Shown: positions 59,948 through 64,000 of the stretch, in pieces | Numbering within the stretch: the first letter of the stretch is position 1 | Layout: each line of letters starts with the position of its first letter | Source of the DNA: Opitutaceae bacterium | Lineage (GTDB): Bacteria; Verrucomicrobiota; Verrucomicrobiia; Opitutales; Opitutaceae | Assembly (NCBI GenBank): GCA_016794785.1 | Contig: JAEUHC010000007.1 | Location: 43,710 to 107,709, forward strand | Reading direction: 5' to 3' | Length of the DNA: 64,000 bases | The notes under the pieces: generated by a model | What the model was told of the DNA's origin: nothing | Databases searched by the model: none | What the model saw: the letters and a program-made list of their open reading frames with translations, nothing else | Translations under genes and position numbers: made by a program

Positions 59948-61159
59948 ATGTCGCAGCCCTGGCTGAAGAAGAAGGTCAACGCCCTCGAACTCTACACGAT
60001 CGATCTGATCTATGGGCGGCGCGCGGGTGCGGGGGCGGCGATCTACGGGGCGTTTTTGCAGGCTCTCTCCTGGCTGTTCAGCGGGATCACGCAGGCGCGG
60101 CTGTGGCTCTACCGCCATCGCATCTTCCACGATCAGCCGCTGGGGTGCCTGGTGGTCGTGGTGGGGAACCTCACGGTCGGCGGCACGGGCAAGACGCCAG
60201 TGGTCGAGAAATTCGCGCGGGCGCTGCGCGACCGCGGCCGGCGCGTCGCGATCCTCAGCCGCGGCTACAAGAGCAAGGCCCCGCCGCTCTGGAAAAAATG
60301 GTGGTGGGAGCTGACGCACACCGAGCCGCCCCCGCCGCGCATCGTGAGCGACGGGCACGCGGTGCTGCTCGACAGCGAGCAGGCGGGCGACGAGCCCTAC
60401 ATGCTCGCGAAGAACCTCCCCGGCGTGATCGTGCTCGTGGACAAGAACCGCGTGAAGGCCGGCGAGTATGCGATCAAGGAGTTTGGCTGCGACACGCTGG
60501 TGCTCGACGACGGCTTCCAATACCTGCCGCTCAAGGGGAGCCTCAACCTGCTCCTCGTGGACAAGACCAACCCCTTCGGCAACGGCCACCTGCTCCCGCG
60601 CGGCATCCTCCGCGAGCCCATCAAGCACCTGAAGCGCGCGAGCTACGTGTTCCTCACCAAGTCCAACGGCCAGCGCGATCGGGAACTCGAGGCTCTCATC
60701 GCCGCCCACAATCCCGGGGCCGACCTCATCGAGTGCGCGCACCGCCCGCAATACTTGCAGCGCTTCGGCGTCGCGGAAGGCGCGCCGGGCGCGCGCGAGG
60801 ATCTGGCGTTTTTGCAGGGCCGGCGCGTCTTCGCGTTCAGCGGCATCGCCACGCCGGAGAGCTTCGAAAAGTTCCTCCGTGACTACGGCGCGCTGCTCGT
60901 CGGTCGCGAGCGCTTCCTCGACCACTACCGTTTCGACCAGGAGGACATCTCCGGGCTCTTCGAACTGGCGCAGCGCGAGCGGGCCGAGTGCCTCGTGACG
61001 ACGGAGAAGGACGCCGTGCGCATCGCCGCCGACCTCGCGTGCCCGCTGCCGCTCTATTACCTGCGGCTTGAGATCGAGATTTTGCGCGGGGCGGCGGACT
61101 TCGACGAGGCCGTGGGACGAATCTGTTTCCCGCAAAAGGGCAGCCGGGCGGGGTTTTGA
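59948..61159 (+). CDS. lpxK: Tetraacyldisaccharide 4'-kinase
   Basis: [35 protein letters not shown]. Confidence 0.95.
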   Translation: MSQPWLKKKVNALELYTIDLIYGRRAGAGAAIYGAFLQALSWLFSGITQARLWLYRHRIFHDQPLGCLVVVVGNLTVGGTGKTPVVEKFARALRDRGRRVAILSRGYKSKAPPLWKKWWWELTHTEPPPPRIVSDGHAVLLDSEQAGDEPYMLAKNLPGVIVLVDKNRVKAGEYAIKEFGCDTLVLDDGFQYLPLKGSLNLLLVDKTNPFGNGHLLPRGILREPIKHLKRASYVFLTKSNGQRDRELEALIAAHNPGADLIECAHRPQYLQRFGVAEGAPGAREDLAFLQGRRVFAFSGIATPESFEKFLRDYGALLVGRERFLDHYRFDQEDISGLFELAQRERAECLVTTEKDAVRIAADLACPLPLYYLRLEIEILRGAADFDEAVGRICFPQKGSRAGF

Positions 61160-61163
61160 ATTT

Positions 61164-61212
61164 GTAGGGCCTCGGCTTGCTGAGGCCTGGCCTGAGCCAG
61201 CTCAGGCCCTAG
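61164..61212. repeat. GTAG-type REP doublet
   Basis: GTAGGGCCTCGGC-TT-GCTGAGGCC then GGCCTGAGC-CA-GCTCAGGCCCTA. Confidence 0.65.
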
Positions 61213-61279
61213 GGGCCAGGGGCCCGCCCGCCTTTCCCCTTGCGGCATCACGGGCCCGCGCCGTTAGTGGTCGCCCATC

Positions 61280-62401
61280 ATGATCATCGATCCGCGCTAC
61301 CTGCAGCTGGCCGAGGGCCTCACCGGATTCTCCACCGCGCTCAAGGCCGGCGAGCGCGTGCTCATCGACGCGTTCGACGTGCCGGACGCGATGGTCATCG
61401 CCCTCATCCGCGCCACCCGCGCCCGCGGCGCCCATCCCTACGTGCAGCTCCACCGCGCGCGCGTCTCGCGCGAGATGTCGCTCGGCGCGGAGGAGAAGCA
61501 GTTCGCGCCGCACGCCGAGATCGAGCTCGCGCGCATGCAGAAGATGGACGCCTACATCGCGCTCCGCGGCTCCGAGAACATCTTCGAGGCCTCCGATGTG
61601 CCTTCCGATCGCGTGCAGCTCGTTTCCCGCCTCATGAAGCCCGTGCTCGATCACCGCGTGGGCAAGACCAAGTGGGTCGTGCTCCGCTGGCCGACCTCCG
61701 CCATGGCGCAGCAGGCCAGCATGAGCACCGAGGCCTTCGAGGATTTCTATTTCAACGTCTGCACCCTCGACTACGCCCGCATGGTGCCCGGCATGAAGGC
61801 GCTCGCGGACCTGATGAAGAAGACCGACCGCGTGCACATCACCGGCCCCGGCACCGACCTGCGTTTTTCGATCAAAGGCATCGGCGCGCAGCCCTGCGGC
61901 GGCCTCCGCAACATTCCTGATGGCGAGGTGTTCTCCTGCCCGGTGAAGGACAGCGTCGAGGGCTTCATCCAGTATAACGCCCCCACGGTCTATCTCGGCG
62001 CGTCGTTCGACAACATCCGCCTCGAGTTCAAGCGCGGCAAGATCGTCAACGCCACCTCGAGCAACACGAAACGCCTGAACGAAATCCTCGATAGCGACGA
62101 CGGCGCGCGCTACATCGGCGAATTCGCGATCGGCTTCAACCCGCACATCCTGGAGCCGATGCGCGACATCCTTTTCGACGAGAAGATCGCGGGCTCGTTC
62201 CACTTCACGCCCGGGCAGGCCTACGACGGCGTGGGCAACGGCAACAAATCGCAGGTCCATTGGGACATGGTCTGCATCCAGCGCCCCGACTACGGCGGCG
62301 GCGAAATCCGGTTCGACGGAAAACTCATCCGCAAGGACGGCACCTTCGTGCCCAAGGCGCTGCACAAATTGAATCCGGAATATCTGCTCGGGAAACGCTG
62401 A
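61280..62401 (+). CDS. Aminopeptidase (M29, AmpS/AmpT)
   Basis: [31 protein letters not shown]. Confidence 0.92.
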   Translation: MIIDPRYLQLAEGLTGFSTALKAGERVLIDAFDVPDAMVIALIRATRARGAHPYVQLHRARVSREMSLGAEEKQFAPHAEIELARMQKMDAYIALRGSENIFEASDVPSDRVQLVSRLMKPVLDHRVGKTKWVVLRWPTSAMAQQASMSTEAFEDFYFNVCTLDYARMVPGMKALADLMKKTDRVHITGPGTDLRFSIKGIGAQPCGGLRNIPDGEVFSCPVKDSVEGFIQYNAPTVYLGASFDNIRLEFKRGKIVNATSSNTKRLNEILDSDDGARYIGEFAIGFNPHILEPMRDILFDEKIAGSFHFTPGQAYDGVGNGNKSQVHWDMVCIQRPDYGGGEIRFDGKLIRKDGTFVPKALHKLNPEYLLGKR

Positions 62402-62436
62402 TCATTGAAGATCGGAGTTCCGCAGTTTCGCCATAC

Positions 62437-62730
62437 ATGTCCGAATTAAAACAACAGACGAGATGGTGGCTTGGGGCAGTCTTGGCGCCACCGGTGTCGG
62501 CACTCCTTGGTCTTCCGGTCGCTTTCGTTGTTCTGCGGAGCCAAAATGATTGGTCAGGCTTCAGGGAATTGGCCGGGCTTCTTGGCAGCGTGCTTTTGGG
62601 ATGTGTCGTAGGATTCTGCTGCATGGTCATCTCGATTCGGAGGCATGAGGCCAAAGCCTATTGGGCAATGGCCGCATTCGTAGGCTGGCCGCTCCTGCTG
62701 CTTGTGGCCTTTAGCGGAGGGAGAAATTGA
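62437..62730 (+). CDS. Small hypothetical 3-TM protein (lower GC)
   Basis: Three hydrophobic helices; atypical codon usage. Confidence 0.6.
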   Translation: MSELKQQTRWWLGAVLAPPVSALLGLPVAFVVLRSQNDWSGFRELAGLLGSVLLGCVVGFCCMVISIRRHEAKAYWAMAAFVGWPLLLLVAFSGGRN

Positions 62731-62750
62731 ATCGAATGGGCCAGTCTCCG

Positions 62751-63728
62751 ATGCGCGACTTCATCCAAGCCCTGCCGAAAACCGAGACGCACCTCCACAT
62801 TGAGGGCGCGCTGCCTTATGAGCTGCTGTGTGCGTGGGACCCGAAGCGGTGGCCGCCCGACCCGGCCTTTCGCGACCGCTCCTATCGCTACGCGACGTTT
62901 CCCGGCTTCGAGCAAATTCTCCTCGACCATGCGCTGCCCTGGTTCACGAGCGCCGAACGCTACCACGAGGCGGCCAGACTCATTTTCGCCAAGCACGTCG
63001 CGCAGAATGTCCGCTACGTCGAGACGAGCTTCCACCTGCCCGTCACCGGATTCATCAACGTCCCCGGCCCCGAGATCATCGCGGCGATCCGGTCCGCTGC
63101 GCCCGTGGGACTGGAAGTGCGCGTCTTTACGGGGATGTTGCGCAGCGACATCATCGGCGCGCTGCGCCCGACCATCGATCGCCTGCACACATGGGAACAC
63201 CTTGCCGGCGTGGACTTGCATGGGCACGAGACCATGCCGACCCCGCCTGAGACCGCGGCGATATGGGCCGGCCTGCGCGCGGCGGGCAAAGTGACCAAGT
63301 GCCATGCGGGCGAGTTCGACGGCGCCGCCCGCGTGCGCGAGGCGATCGAGGTGCTCGGCGTGCGCCGTGTGCAGCACGGCGTGCGCGCCGTCGAGGATCC
63401 CTCGGTCGTCCAGCTCGCGGTTGAGACGGGCACCACTTTCGATGTCTGTCCGTTGAGCAACGTCGGCCTGCGCGTCGCGCCGTCGATCGCCGCGCATCCG
63501 ATCCGGCGGCTGATGCAGGCGGGCGTGTGCTGCACCGTGAGCACCGACGATCCGCTGTGTTTTGCCAATTCGCTGACCGAGGAATACCAGGCGCTCGCCA
63601 CCGAGCTCGCCTTCACGCGCGCGGAGCTGGCGCAGGTCGCGCGCAACGGCTGGGCGGTCGCGAGCGTCCCCGCGGCGATGCGCGACGCGATGCTCGCCAC
63701 GATCCAGCGGCTTGCGGCCGCGAACTGA
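62751..63728 (+). CDS. add: Adenosine/adenine deaminase family
   Basis: [30 protein letters not shown]. Confidence 0.88.
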   Translation: MRDFIQALPKTETHLHIEGALPYELLCAWDPKRWPPDPAFRDRSYRYATFPGFEQILLDHALPWFTSAERYHEAARLIFAKHVAQNVRYVETSFHLPVTGFINVPGPEIIAAIRSAAPVGLEVRVFTGMLRSDIIGALRPTIDRLHTWEHLAGVDLHGHETMPTPPETAAIWAGLRAAGKVTKCHAGEFDGAARVREAIEVLGVRRVQHGVRAVEDPSVVQLAVETGTTFDVCPLSNVGLRVAPSIAAHPIRRLMQAGVCCTVSTDDPLCFANSLTEEYQALATELAFTRAELAQVARNGWAVASVPAAMRDAMLATIQRLAAAN

Positions 63729-63734
63729 TTTCCA

Positions 63735-64000
63735 ATGACCGAAACCCACACCGTCCCCGAGGGCATCCGATCCCTGCGGGCCGACAAGGCGCTCGCGCTC
63801 GCGTTTCCCGAGCACAGCCGCACCGCGTTGCAACGAGCCTTCGACGCGGGGCACGTTACGCTCCGTGGCGCGGCCATCCGGCGCGATGTCTCGGTGAAGG
63901 CCGGCGACACACTCGAGTTTTCGTTTCCCGACGTCGTGCCGATGGACATCAAGGCCGCGGATATCGCGCTCGACGTGATTTTCGAGGACAAGCACATGCT
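63735..64000 (+). CDS. RluA/RluD pseudouridine synthase, 5' part
   Basis: S4-like RADKALA...SRTALQ...G.V then LDVIFED. Confidence 0.8.
   Translation, partial: MTETHTVPEGIRSLRADKALALAFPEHSRTALQRAFDAGHVTLRGAAIRRDVSVKAGDTLEFSFPDVVPMDIKAADIALDVIFEDKHM

Overview
High-GC (~67%) bacterial chromosome segment. Gene content and style (PVC-type sulfatases, Opitutus-type TonB receptor, 'RLVNLS...VEVYE' C-terminal domain, ECF sigma/Ser-Thr kinase pair) point to Verrucomicrobiota, probably Opitutaceae; this is an inference. Housekeeping blocks: hemF-hemE-orf-hemY-ileS-dksA-lspA, clpS-DUF2017, a 6S RNA, a family-B DNA polymerase, ribD, galE, fba, topB, lpxK, aminopeptidase, adenosine deaminase and a partial RluA/RluD gene. 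Accessory blocks: (i) an ECF sigma + kinase-WD40 + secreted beta-lactamase-like/Ig module with a shared candidate promoter motif; (ii) a WYL regulator divergent from an unknown gene across a palindromic operator, abutting a solitary attC-like cassette that carries a HEPN-like gene and has ATT/AAT instead of GTT/AAC cores; (iii) a KS-ACP-phytoene-dehydrogenase-like trio resembling the anammox/ladderane-associated lipid cluster; (iv) a sulfatase/esterase/TonB cluster; (v) an RND-MFP-TolC-TonB operon. There are also decayed copies of gene 3' ends, GTAG-type REP palindromes and heptamer repeats inside genes. No CRISPR array, tRNA, rRNA, integrase or transposase was seen. All annotations come from reading motifs by eye; no database searches were run.
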